Of a stretch of 64,000 nucleotides of DNA, positions 52,404 through 62,067 are shown piece by piece (the first letter of the stretch is position 1; each line of letters begins with the position of its first letter). The position numbers and the translations under genes were made by a program. The DNA is from an uncultured Chloroflexia bacterium (GTDB taxonomy: Bacteria > Chloroflexota > UBA6077 > JACCZL01), in assembly GCA_963765765.1 (NCBI GenBank), contig CAVXYC010000023.1, positions 352,001 through 416,000 of the forward strand, given 5' to 3'. The notes under the pieces were generated by a model. That model worked only from the letters and a program-made list of their open reading frames with translations, had not been told where the DNA came from and made no database searches.

Positions 52404-52841
52404 CTAGGTCAAGTGCATAATCTCCAGCCCGCCCCACGCGTCGCGCAAGTACTCGGCGACCAGGCGTCGGTGGCAATGATGAGGCTGATCCTCGCTGCAC
52501 AACAGCACGCTGCCGTCTATCTGCTCCGGCAAGACCGCCCGATCGATCTCGCGCTCGCGCAAAAGGTCTAAGAACTTTCGCTCGTAAGCTGGCCAGCCTT
52601 CGCCTTGCTTCCGGTATGTGTCCAGTAATGTCTGAGTAGGCGCGAGAATCGGCAGGTGCAAGTAGTCCATTTCGCAGATCTCGCGCAGGAAGTACTCGAG
52701 ATCTTGCCGCTTCGCAAAGCCGGCAAGCTGCGACACGTTGTTGAGACGCACGTCAAGCAATCGTTGCGCACCCGATTCGCGCAACAGCGTGAAGAAGGTT
52801 TCGGCGGACTTCTTCGTAAAGCCGATCGTGTGAACTTTCAT
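52404..52841 (-). CDS. DUF488 family protein
   Basis: TIGFTKKSA..DVRLNNVSQLAGFAK..LLCSE..HCHRRLVAE. Confidence 0.9.
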   Translation of the reverse strand: MKVHTIGFTKKSAETFFTLLRESGAQRLLDVRLNNVSQLAGFAKRQDLEYFLREICEMDYLHLPILAPTQTLLDTYRKQGEGWPAYERKFLDLLREREIDRAVLPEQIDGSVLLCSEDQPHHCHRRLVAEYLRDAWGGLEIMHLT

Positions 52842-53022
52842 GGCACCACTGTCTCAATTTTCCGATTGACGTGAGCGATGCGTCTCGGGATTGAGCGTGC
52901 AACCCTCGGCAAGCACGTGACGCACACCGTACTCCCCGCTGAGAAAATCCTGTCATACCGCGATTTGGATAGACGGTGAAGCTGGTGGCCACGCATCACT
53001 AACTTCCAGGTCGGCCGCTGTG

Positions 53023-54849
53023 TCAGGCGCCAAGCACTCGCACGCCTGACTTCAATGACCACTCGCCGAGCTCAATGATCCCGACGCTCTCGGAGTTTCG
53101 GTAGCGATCCAGCCAGGCGCGATCGTGGGTCGTGAGGATGAGACGACTGAACCGCGGAGCTTCCCGCACGAGCATGTCCATGAAGCGGTCAACGTGCGGC
53201 TCGTCCACGGACGTCACCACGTCGTCCAGAATGACAATGCTGCGATCTGTGGCGAAACGTTTGGCCATTGCCAGAAAGACGCAGATCCCAAGCGTGTCGA
53301 GATGAGATTCACTGTAGTACGCCTGCGGCGGAAGATCGTCACGATCCTGAAATCCGGCATCCAGCTCTATGGAGCTCGATGCTTGCCGCTTCAGCGCAAA
53401 GCGTACGCGGCCCAACGGCTCGTCCGGGTGAATGCTGGAGTACAGGCGGCCTACGTCATCAGCCACGGCATCCAGGATGTCCTCGGCGTACTGCTTGCGC
53501 TCAGTGGAAACTCGATGAAAGATCGCCTCCATGCGGCGCAGCAGTGTGCGCTGACGGGACACGCTCCCGGCCAGCGAATCCACTCGCTCGGCGGAGAGGC
53601 GAATGGCCGAATGCTGGTTCAGGGCTCGCTGCGTCGACTCGCGTCGCGCGCCTAACGCCTGGATCAGGGGCGCCGTCGCGTCCAATGCGGCGCGCGCCTC
53701 CGCTTCGGCTGTCTCTGTCGCTTCGCCCTCACGCGACAGGATGCTATAGGAGCTCCAGCTCACTGGCATGGCTAGCACCTCGTCCAGGTGGCCTCGGTTG
53801 ATAAGCCGCATGGTGGCCCTGGCACGCTCACAAAACGCCGCGCGAGCGTCCTCCAGTACGGCTGAGCTGCGCGTGAGCTGGGTCTCCGCCACACTCGTGG
53901 CCTCAATGGCGCTCATGAGCTGCCCGGCCCGAGCGATTCGTTGCTGCAATCGGTCGTGAACGGTATCCGCTTCGATAGACTGCTCACACACCGGGCAGTT
54001 CCGAATCGTTCGCCATGCACCGATGAACGCCTCGGCGTCGCGCAAGAGCTCCAGGAGCTCTGCTGCTTGCGGCGACTGAGCGCTCGCCTGCTGGCGTTGC
54101 TCGCGAGCTGTGCCATGCGCCTGACTGGATTGGCGGTAGCCTTGCGAAGCGCGATCGAGCTGGCCGCGCGCTTCTATTGCGGAGCGATACGCTGATTCAA
54201 CGTTGACCATCTCATCGATGGCAGCTCGCATCTCGATGAGATCTTGTCCCGCCTGACTCATGGCCCAGTCGTGGGCGTTGGCGCCTGGACGCCCCTCAGC
54301 CTGCCAGAGCTGCTGCAGCGAGTCCTGCGCCTGAGCAAGCAATTGGGCATCGGACTGGTACTGGCGGTCTATGGCGCGAACGGCCGACCGAAGCGTAGCT
54401 TCCGATCTCTCGATGCCGGGGAGCGCCAGATAGTCCTTTAGCGCCTCGTAGCGCTTGCTTGGCGGCGCCTCGATGACGTTCGTAACATCGCGCCTTCGCA
54501 GAATGTGCGCGTCCGGGCAACCCTCTTCAGGATCTACCATAGGCCCGCGGCGACCCAGCGAAGCGGTCCAGGAAGATCCATCGTCGGCACGTAAGTGCAC
54601 GGAGAGTCTCTCGGGTGATGATCCCAGCGAAGTTACGTGCTTGCGAGCGGATTCACCGAGTCCGAGACTGTAGTTCTCGAGCGATCCGAAATTGCGGTTA
54701 CAGAGGAAGTCGAAGGCATCCACGATGGTGGACTTGCCGGCTCCGTTCTCTCCATAGAGCAGCACCACTGGACGCTCGGAATCCAATCGCACCGACACCG
54801 GCACGGTGGCCCCGCGAAACCCGCTGAGCCCGAGCTCAGTAATTCGCAT
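53023..54849 (-). CDS. Rad50/SMC-like ABC ATPase with zinc hook
   Basis: FRGA, GENGAGKS, coiled coils, CPVC, YSESH signature variant, VILDDVVTSVD, LTTHD. Confidence 0.85.
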   Translation of the reverse strand: MRITELGLSGFRGATVPVSVRLDSERPVVLLYGENGAGKSTIVDAFDFLCNRNFGSLENYSLGLGESARKHVTSLGSSPERLSVHLRADDGSSWTASLGRRGPMVDPEEGCPDAHILRRRDVTNVIEAPPSKRYEALKDYLALPGIERSEATLRSAVRAIDRQYQSDAQLLAQAQDSLQQLWQAEGRPGANAHDWAMSQAGQDLIEMRAAIDEMVNVESAYRSAIEARGQLDRASQGYRQSSQAHGTAREQRQQASAQSPQAAELLELLRDAEAFIGAWRTIRNCPVCEQSIEADTVHDRLQQRIARAGQLMSAIEATSVAETQLTRSSAVLEDARAAFCERARATMRLINRGHLDEVLAMPVSWSSYSILSREGEATETAEAEARAALDATAPLIQALGARRESTQRALNQHSAIRLSAERVDSLAGSVSRQRTLLRRMEAIFHRVSTERKQYAEDILDAVADDVGRLYSSIHPDEPLGRVRFALKRQASSSIELDAGFQDRDDLPPQAYYSESHLDTLGICVFLAMAKRFATDRSIVILDDVVTSVDEPHVDRFMDMLVREAPRFSRLILTTHDRAWLDRYRNSESVGIIELGEWSLKSGVRVLGA

Positions 54850-55021
54850 CGGCCGGCAATGTGCTGAGGTCCTGTTGCACCTCGTGCACCCAATCGTCCG
54901 CCGTCATCGTTCCATCGGCCAGCCGCTGGCTGATTCGTGCAAGCGTCTCATCGCCCAGCAGGTCTTCGGCACGCAGCGCAGCGATGATGCGATCGGCCAC
55001 CTGGCGATCTGAGGCGCTCAT
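54836..55021 (-). CDS. 61-aa small protein coupled to the ATPase
   Basis: Helical, LADGTMTADDW motif; overlaps both neighbours. Confidence 0.65.
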   Translation of the reverse strand: MSASDRQVADRIIAALRAEDLLGDETLARISQRLADGTMTADDWVHEVQQDLSTLPADANY

Positions 55022-55380
55022 TGTGTCCCTGCAACAGCGAATAGGCTTCCAAGCGCTGTTCTCACGGCAGACTGGTCGTTCAGCCCGAGTTGGCCCAGGT
55101 TCTCAAGAATCAGCCGATCGTCCAGTGTGAAAAGTTTGAGCCGTACGACTGACGCGTGATGAAGACCAGCAGCTTCCAGATCTTGGACTCGATGATCGAG
55201 AGGCCATGCGCTGTGGTCGGCGGAGGTGATCATGGCCAGCACAGCTTGACTGACCGAGCTCAATACAACCGCCGACGAGATGATCAGTGCTGGCCAGCGT
55301 GTCGTCGCTTCACGGTCGGCAAACGGGAGCGGAAGACGGACAAGGTCGAACCGCTCACAAGTCACGGTAGGCTTCGTCAT
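55018..55380 (-). CDS. PemK/MazF family toxin (catalytic RP reads WP)
   Basis: FDLVRLPLPFAD..RWPALIIS, AMITSA, KLFTLD. Confidence 0.85.
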   Translation of the reverse strand: MTKPTVTCERFDLVRLPLPFADREATTRWPALIISSAVVLSSVSQAVLAMITSADHSAWPLDHRVQDLEAAGLHHASVVRLKLFTLDDRLILENLGQLGLNDQSAVRTALGSLFAVAGTQ

Positions 55381-55585
55381 CCTCCGGGGAGCTCCACTCG
55401 CTCAGCGTGGACTCCAGGCCCCGTAGGGGCTCTATGTCGAGCGGATGCGCACGCCGAACCGCGACTCGACCATCTTCATGCACGTCCCAGACGATCGAAT
55501 CGCCCGGCCTCACAGATAGTGCAGTCCGCACCTCACGGGAAACAGTGGTCTGCCCCTTAGATGTGATCTTCGCGACGGCAATCAT
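55355..55585 (-). CDS. AbrB/MazE-type antitoxin
   Basis: AKITSKGQTTV..VR..L...PGD; LSEWSSPEDDEAYRDL. Confidence 0.88.
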   Translation of the reverse strand: MIAVAKITSKGQTTVSREVRTALSVRPGDSIVWDVHEDGRVAVRRAHPLDIEPLRGLESTLSEWSSPEDDEAYRDL

Positions 55586-55595
55586 GTCCGAACTT

Positions 55596-55622
55596 CTTAC
55601 GTCCTTACCGCCGTACCTTACC
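55596..55622 (-). promoter_or_regulatory. Putative antitoxin operator
   Basis: Three GTAAG direct repeats just upstream of the antitoxin start. Confidence 0.45.
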
Positions 55623-55793
55623 ATCCATTGTCTGCCTGCTCAGAATTGAGGACCTTCGAAGTGAGCGATGATGGATGCCATCGGGCGGGTAAAAGCCGCC
55701 AATCGAAGGGGCTTGACCTTCACGCGGAGGTCGTCCGAAAACGCAGACCCGCCACGGTCGACCGCGCGGGGGTAGACCCCAGAGACGTAGACG

Positions 55794-56916
55794 TTACCGA
55801 TAAACCCCGTTATGACCAAGGCTGATCTTGCCCGGTTGTGGGAAATACGTGAGGCCATGGGGGCCCGCGCCGGTGCGGATGCGATGCAGCAGGCCTCCGT
55901 TGTTTGAGTCCACCACGTCTACCCAGCCGTGATAGCGTGACGAGACCCAAATTTGCTGCCCGTCCGGGGATACCTGCACCATGTCCGGACTACCGCCGAT
56001 CCGCCACGTCTGAGCGATGCCGACCGCTTCCACGTCGATGACGGAAATCGAACCTGCCAGACGATTCGTCACGTAGATAGCCCGCGCATCGCGACTTATA
56101 GCCATGCCGTGCGCACCCGCGCCAGTGGGTAGGAAGGCGATCTCGCGCATCGCTTCCGGGTCCACCACGGAGACTCCGTTTCGGCCCTGGTTGCAAACGT
56201 AGAACACGTCGCCAAGCGGGGAAAGCTTTACGTCGACCGGCAGCCCGCCCACGCGGACCACACCGGCCACCTGCATGTTGTGGACGTCCACCTTCACGAA
56301 TTCTCCGCCGAACTCGCAGCTCACCATGAGAAACGAGCCATCGGCTGAGAAATCCGCATGGTCCACACCCCGCCCGGGGATCTGCAAGCGTCGTAACGGC
56401 TCCCAGGTGAGGATGTCGTAGAAGTCCAGCCGATTGAAGTATTCCGCGGCCACAATTGCCTTGGTGCCGTCAGGCGAGAAGTAGAGGTTGTACGGAACAG
56501 CCGCCGGAATGCTATGCGGCCACGCGACCGGAGTGGATATCGATCACGGCAAGCCGGTTGGAATCCATCACGTTGACCATCAAGCTGGACATGTCCGGCG
56601 ACGGACCAACGTGATGTGGCGTGCGCCCGACGAAATAGCGATCGACCACCTGCATGGAGGCCGGGTCAATGACCGCAACGTCTCCGCCGAGCTCGTGGGG
56701 CACGTACACCCGCGGCGGCAGGTCGCGCAGCGCAGGATTGATGAATTTCTCACTGATCGTGTTGGCGTAGACATTGAAAGGGGCAGGCGATGGTTCGGCA
56801 ATTTGCGGCGCGGGCGCCTCCCGCTGGGCGCCCAGCGCGGGTCTTGGGAGCGCGGCCAGGGCCAGGCTTGCGCCAAGGCCACGAGCGAACTGGCGGCGGC
56901 TAATGGGGTCGGGCAT
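55794..56916 (-). CDS. Tat-exported YncE/YVTN beta-propeller protein, frameshifted
   Basis: SRRQF Tat motif; repeated VID/SPDG blades; TGAGPHGL. Confidence 0.85.
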
Positions 56917-57042
56917 AACGTCGCGAATTCTAGTGCGCGCTTGTCGCGGCGGCCAAGAATTCGGGTTGCATTCAGGTTGGATGTGAGCCTGCAAACCAAC
57001 GGAAACTAGCCGCTCCCACCGGCCACGTGACACAATTTACCC

Positions 57043-57945
57043 ATGCTTCGTATTCACCAGGAGATGTCGCTGCGCTCGCCATTACTGCTGGCCGCGTTCG
57101 GGGGCTGGCCGGATGCGTCGTTAGCCGCCACAGGTGCGCTTAAGTATCTGCGGGCGAAGTACGAGGTAACCCGCCTGGCCGAGCTGGATCCTGAGGCGGT
57201 GTTTTGCTACTCGATCACGCGGCCAATCACCAGCATGCTCGATCGAGGTCGACGCGCGTTCCGTTATCCGGAGCTGGTGATCTACGGACTGCCGCTACCA
57301 TTTGCCGAGCGCGACCTGGTGCTTATCACTGGTCCGGAGCCGGACCTCATGTGGCGAGAATGCTGCCGAACCATCGCTGAGTACGCCGGGCAGATAGGCG
57401 TACGAAACGTGGTGACGTTTGGCGCATTTTACGCGCAGGTTCCACACAATCTTCGCCCACCAATCTTCGGGCGGGCAGTGGATCCGGGCGATCGGGAGCG
57501 GCTCTCAGCGCTTGGTATCCAGGACACATCATACGAAGGTCCCACCGGTTTTCCGACTGCGCTGGCTGACGCCACGCAGCAGCTCGGTATCCCGTCAACA
57601 GGCCTCTGGGCTGCCGGCCCGATCTATCTCCAGGGGGGCACCAATCCAAAGGTTGCTCTCCGTTTGCTTCGAGTAGCGGAGCGCATGCACCGTGTGGAGC
57701 TTGGCCTGGGAGAGCTTCGGGGAGCGTCACAGGACCTGGACCGTCGAATTGACGAAGCGCTCCGCGCGCGCCCGGAATTGGAGAGGTTTGTTCAGCGCAT
57801 GGCCGGGCTTGGTGAGCCGGACAGCGAGCCAGGAGAGACGCTTGACGCAGCGGACGAGGCCGAGCTGCCTACGCCGGAAGAGTTCCTCCAGTCATTGGAG
57901 GAGTATCTGCGTGAGTCACGACCCCGGGAATCGGACGAAGATTAG
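57043..57945 (+). CDS. PAC2 family (proteasome assembly chaperone-like) protein
   Basis: AAFGGWPDA, GPEPD..W, VPH..P, YEGPTG, NPKVAL. Confidence 0.85.
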   Translation: MLRIHQEMSLRSPLLLAAFGGWPDASLAATGALKYLRAKYEVTRLAELDPEAVFCYSITRPITSMLDRGRRAFRYPELVIYGLPLPFAERDLVLITGPEPDLMWRECCRTIAEYAGQIGVRNVVTFGAFYAQVPHNLRPPIFGRAVDPGDRERLSALGIQDTSYEGPTGFPTALADATQQLGIPSTGLWAAGPIYLQGGTNPKVALRLLRVAERMHRVELGLGELRGASQDLDRRIDEALRARPELERFVQRMAGLGEPDSEPGETLDAADEAELPTPEEFLQSLEEYLRESRPRESDED

Positions 57946-57978
57946 CGGCTGGCTTCGTTCAGCCAGTGTGTAAGGCTA

Positions 57979-58007
57979 TTGACATGCGCTCGGTGAGCGG
58001 ATAGCGT
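57979..58007 (+). promoter_or_regulatory. Sigma70-type promoter
   Basis: TTGACA-17 nt-TAGCGT with CGCTC/GAGCG inverted repeat in the spacer. Confidence 0.55.
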
Positions 58008-58040
58008 ATCGACCGAATCTCAATTTGGATCGGTGCGCTT

Positions 58041-58487
58041 GTGCCAGTAGTCAGTGTCAGTTTGTGGCTTCATATCGCGGCGGTCGTGCTTGCCATTGGA
58101 GGCACGTCGTTCGTTCTCTTTGTGCTCGGCCCCACGTTGCGCCGGGTCCCCGGAGAAGCGCAGCAGCAGATATTTGCTGGTATTCGGACGCGTTTCTTCC
58201 CCATTGTCTGGGGCTGCATTGCCGTCATTCTCCTGAGTGGCCTGGCGGCGGCCGGGTCGCTGCAAGTGCTTCGGCCGCAAGTGTTGTTCGGTACGACTTA
58301 CGGCTGGCTACTGACGACGAAGATACTTCTGGCGCTCATCCTATTTACCTGCGCGCTGCTTATCACGCTGCCGAATGAGGGCCTTGCCCGATTTCGCGCC
58401 CGCGCCACGCAGTATCAGCGCATGATCGTGAGCATTGCCGTGATCATTATCTTGATCGCGACTTCATTGAGGTATGCGCCGCGGTAG
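58041..58487 (+). CDS. CopD/DUF4149-like four-TM membrane protein
   Basis: WLH..A....GG, LSG, YG.LL..K. Confidence 0.7.
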   Translation: MPVVSVSLWLHIAAVVLAIGGTSFVLFVLGPTLRRVPGEAQQQIFAGIRTRFFPIVWGCIAVILLSGLAAAGSLQVLRPQVLFGTTYGWLLTTKILLALILFTCALLITLPNEGLARFRARATQYQRMIVSIAVIIILIATSLRYAPR

Positions 58488-58781
58488 GAAATTCGGGCGG
58501 CAGACCGCGTCTCTTGCAAGCACCTATGCTATACTGGCGCAAGCCGCCGGATGCGTTCGTACGATTGTGCGAGATGGCGTCTAGCAGGCAGACCAGCGCA
58601 TGTTGCCCCGGCTGACAGTTGTACTGGTCCGGTATGAGCGCATTGTCCCTGATGCGCGACCGCGTTCTTGAAGCTGACGGTCCGAAGCATTGGTCGTCCG
58701 CGCTCGGAGCGCCGATAATGGTGAAGTCACAGCACTCGGCCGACCCGTCGGCTGCGTAGTGTAGACCTCTAAGGAGAAGCG

Positions 58782-58970
58782 ATGCAGGTTGTGTTGCGAG
58801 AGGGCGAATCGTTTGAAGCGCTGGTCAAGCGTTTCAAAGCGGGTGTAGAGCGGGAAGGCATTCTCCGCGATTACAAGCGAAAGCGGCGTTTCAAGCCGGC
58901 GCACGAAGTGCGACGCGAGAAGATTCAAGCGGCAATGCGGCGGCGGCGGCGAGCGAACCGATCGCGATAA
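58782..58970 (+). CDS. rpsU: 30S ribosomal protein S21
   Basis: GESFEALVKRFK..V..EGIL..YKRKRRFKP; AAGGAG RBS. Confidence 0.88.
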   Translation: MQVVLREGESFEALVKRFKAGVEREGILRDYKRKRRFKPAHEVRREKIQAAMRRRRRANRSR

Positions 58971-59580
58971 CATGGCAGCCCCAATGAATAGCGGTCGGGT
59001 CTGGAAGTGTCCCACCTGTGGGCGCACTCGACCCGGTGCCATGGCCACTAACAGTGGCCCGATTTGTCGATACGACCTTTCAGAAATGCGCCTTGTGACC
59101 GTGGTCGGCTTCTCCCCCGGCGGGCGGCGGTGGATTCGGTGGCCGCCCGCGTCGACCCGGAGGCCAGGCTTTTCCGGATGGTCCACCCCGCCGTCCTCGA
59201 GATCCAAATCGAGATCCCAACGGCGATCCCAATGCTAAGCCATCCCAACGTCGACGTCGGCGAAATGAGCGGCCCGCGGCACCTCCAGGTGCACCACCTG
59301 ATCCCATTGATGAGAATGAACAGACCGTAGCCGAAGGCGAAGATACCAGCGAGGCCCAACGTCCGGCACGCCGAAATCGCCGAGGCCGCCGTCGCGGTCG
59401 ACGCCCAGATGGCACAGAAAACGGCGTTGTGTCCTCATCCGATCAGAGTCCCCCGAGCGCAAGCGAGTCCTCCGCTACAGACTAAACCGGTCCCCATCAA
59501 GCTCCTGAATCGACATCGAAGCACGTGTCGGTCGATGCCTTGTGTGCGGCGCTGCATCGGTGCGTTACCATGGCCGCACT

Positions 59581-60154
59581 ATGGCTGACGCATTTCACAT
59601 TCTCGGCCTCCCCAGTACGTTGCGGGCCAGGTCCTTCAATACGGGGCTGCTACGAGCCGCCGCATGACGTCGCGCCGGACGGAGTGTCTGTCGAGATCTT
59701 TCCTATCCAGACGCTGCCGTTTTATGACCAGGATCTCGACGGAAGTGATGACGAGCCAGGCCCAGTGCGCGAATTCCGAGAGAGGGTCCGCGCCGCGGAC
59801 GCATTGCTCATAAGCTGCGCGGAATACAGCCATTCCATAACGGGCGTGCTTAAGAATGCACTGGATTGGGCGTCAAGGCCGCTTCCCAACCATCCTTTGA
59901 AGTTCAAGTCCGTGGCTTTGGTCAGCGCCACAGGCGGCGCTTCCGGCGGAATCCGATCAAAGCTCGCCATTTTGCCTGTGCTGGAATCGACCGAGACGTA
60001 TCTGATGATGCGCCCGGAGCTGATGATTGGCGGAGCTCGCGAGAAGTTTGACAAGGAAGGCAACCTTCTGGACGAAGCCCTACGGGCGCGTCTCGGCCAG
60101 GTCGTTGCCGCGCTGGTGGACTTCAGCCAGCAGATGAAGAGCATCACTCCCTGA
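59581..60154 (+). CDS. NADPH-dependent FMN reductase, 5' frameshift
   Basis: STLRARSFN..LLRAA, LPFYDQD, EYSHSITGVLKNALDWASR. Confidence 0.88.
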
Positions 60155-60365
60155 GCTGAAGGTGCCTTCATGGCGCGGGGAGTACAAGAGAAGCGACTCG
60201 GACAGTCTCCTTCGCTAGCCCGGCACCCTTAACAGATCGCGCATCAATCCTCCCCGTTTGACCAGGCACCGACCTGGCCAAACGGCTGATCCGATTCAGC
60301 CATTCCGCTCCGTAGGATTTGAGCAGAGAGCACGGTCCCTGGGCCGCGACTCCAGGGAGTAGGAC

Positions 60366-61280
60366 ATGACCAACGACTCATCAGAATCCAGCAACTTGCT
60401 AAGCCAGCTTTCCGAGCACCTCGCCGATACAGTGGCGCGTGCTGCCGCGTCCATTGTGCATGTTGATGCGCGGCCACGATATGGCGCTTCAGGCGTTGTC
60501 TGGACGGACGGCATTGTAGTGACGGCGGATCACGTAGTGGAGAGAGAAGACGGCATCTCGGTGACGCTTGCGGACGGGGAGGCACAGGCAGCAACCCTGG
60601 TCGGCAGGGATCCTGAGAACGATCTCGCAGTGCTCCGAGTGCCCCAGCTCGCGGCGCCAGCTATTCAAAAGGGCGCGCTGCCGCGTGTAGGCAGCTTGTC
60701 ATTGTTGGTAGCGCGCCCAGGACGCTTGGAGCAGGCTAGCCTGGCAGCGGTCCGGTCGGTGGGCGATGCGCCGCGACGGGGTCGCGGAGCTTCGCCTCTT
60801 CCCTTGATAGCAGTCGACCTCACATTTCACCCAGGCTATTCTGGCGGTGGCCTTGTAGACGGCGAGGGTCGACTTCTCGGGATCGCGAGCTCGGGTTTTG
60901 GACGGGGGCAAGGTGGCGGTGTAATCATCGGTCTGTCCCGTGTGGAACAAGTTGTCGACACACTCGTTCAACACGGTCGAATCCGGCGCGGGTACCTTGG
61001 CGTCACCAGCCAGCCAGTGGAAATTCCTGCTGCAATGCGGAGTCAAGTGGACCAGGCACGCGGCCTTCTCATCCTGAACGTGGCAGAGGCGAGCCCCGCG
61101 GAGCGGGCTGGGATCCTGATGGGAGACGTCCTGGTTGCGATCGCTGGCGAGCCTACCCAGGGGCCACGGGAGCTCCGCGCCCAGCTTACCGCTGAACGAG
61201 TTGGTCAGGCCGTGCCGGTGACTGTGTTACGTGGCGGCCAAGTACAGGGGCTTACCGTCACGATTGGCGAGCAGGAATGA
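60366..61280 (+). CDS. Trypsin-like serine protease with PDZ domain (HtrA-like)
   Basis: TADHV, DLAVL, PGYSGG triad; RGYLGV..SPAERAGI..GDV PDZ. Confidence 0.88.
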   Translation: MTNDSSESSNLLSQLSEHLADTVARAAASIVHVDARPRYGASGVVWTDGIVVTADHVVEREDGISVTLADGEAQAATLVGRDPENDLAVLRVPQLAAPAIQKGALPRVGSLSLLVARPGRLEQASLAAVRSVGDAPRRGRGASPLPLIAVDLTFHPGYSGGGLVDGEGRLLGIASSGFGRGQGGGVIIGLSRVEQVVDTLVQHGRIRRGYLGVTSQPVEIPAAMRSQVDQARGLLILNVAEASPAERAGILMGDVLVAIAGEPTQGPRELRAQLTAERVGQAVPVTVLRGGQVQGLTVTIGEQE

Positions 61281-61327
61281 CCGGTAGCAATCCCCGGTAG
61301 CCGCCGGTTGACCTCAGGAGCCAGCCA

Positions 61328-61945
61328 ATGGCGGTGATTCGGGTGGCGCTGGTGGCCCGGACTCTTCCAGTCCGGGCTGGCCTGCGAGCACTTCTCGACG
61401 GCGATGTGCGATTCCGCGTGATCGGTGACTTTCCTTCCGTGGACGCTATTGATCTCGGTACGCGCGAAGAGACGCAGGTGCTCTTGCTCGACGGGGAGGC
61501 CCTGAGCATGCTTACCACCGTATCGACCGAGACGCTGCCTGGACTTGTGTTACTTGGCGGGGGCGCGCTGCTGCGCTCCCAGCTTCTCAAGCTTGGCGGC
61601 CCGGTAGGTCTTCTGGACGCTGATGTTTCGAGTGAACAGATCAACGCGGCGATTGTCGCGGTAGCAGCCGGGCTAACGGTAACTGAGCCTGGGGCGGTCG
61701 GCTCGATGGGGACAGCGTTGCGCATGGATGACGACGAATTCGATCAACCGGAGTTGACCTCACGAGAGCGGGAGGTGCTCGAGCTCGTTGCGGCAGGCTT
61801 GCCAAACAAGGGCATCGCGTTGCGTCTGAATATCAGCGACCATACGGTGAAGTACCACCTGACCTCGGTGCTCAGTAAACTAGGCGCAGCCAGTCGAGCC
61901 GAGGCCGTGGCCCTCGCCGCGCGCCGAGGACTGATCGCGCTCTAA
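61328..61945 (+). CDS. NarL/LuxR-type regulator with degenerate receiver
   Basis: LTSREREVL..GLPNKGIA..ISDHTVKYH..KLG..SRAEAV. Confidence 0.88.
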   Translation: MAVIRVALVARTLPVRAGLRALLDGDVRFRVIGDFPSVDAIDLGTREETQVLLLDGEALSMLTTVSTETLPGLVLLGGGALLRSQLLKLGGPVGLLDADVSSEQINAAIVAVAAGLTVTEPGAVGSMGTALRMDDDEFDQPELTSREREVLELVAAGLPNKGIALRLNISDHTVKYHLTSVLSKLGAASRAEAVALAARRGLIAL

Positions 61946-62067
61946 TCTCGGGGCGCCACGTCCCTCGGCTGCCCTAGCTGACGCCGGCTCAGTCCGCCTG
62001 AGTCAGTGAGAACGGGTTACACGCGGGTGCGAGACACGCGCCACCGCGGAGTGCTCTTCTGAACCAG

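Noticed and set aside
52838-53020. Remnant of a second DUF488 gene
   Set aside because: Only a weak RRIAHV resemblance and a stop overlap; insufficient support
58972-59500. Overlapping ORFs downstream of rpsU
   Set aside because: Conflicting frames and strands, no recognisable family; cannot be called
60934-60949. Fourth parS-like site TGTCCCGTGTGGAACA
   Set aside because: Several mismatches and inside a CDS; likely chance
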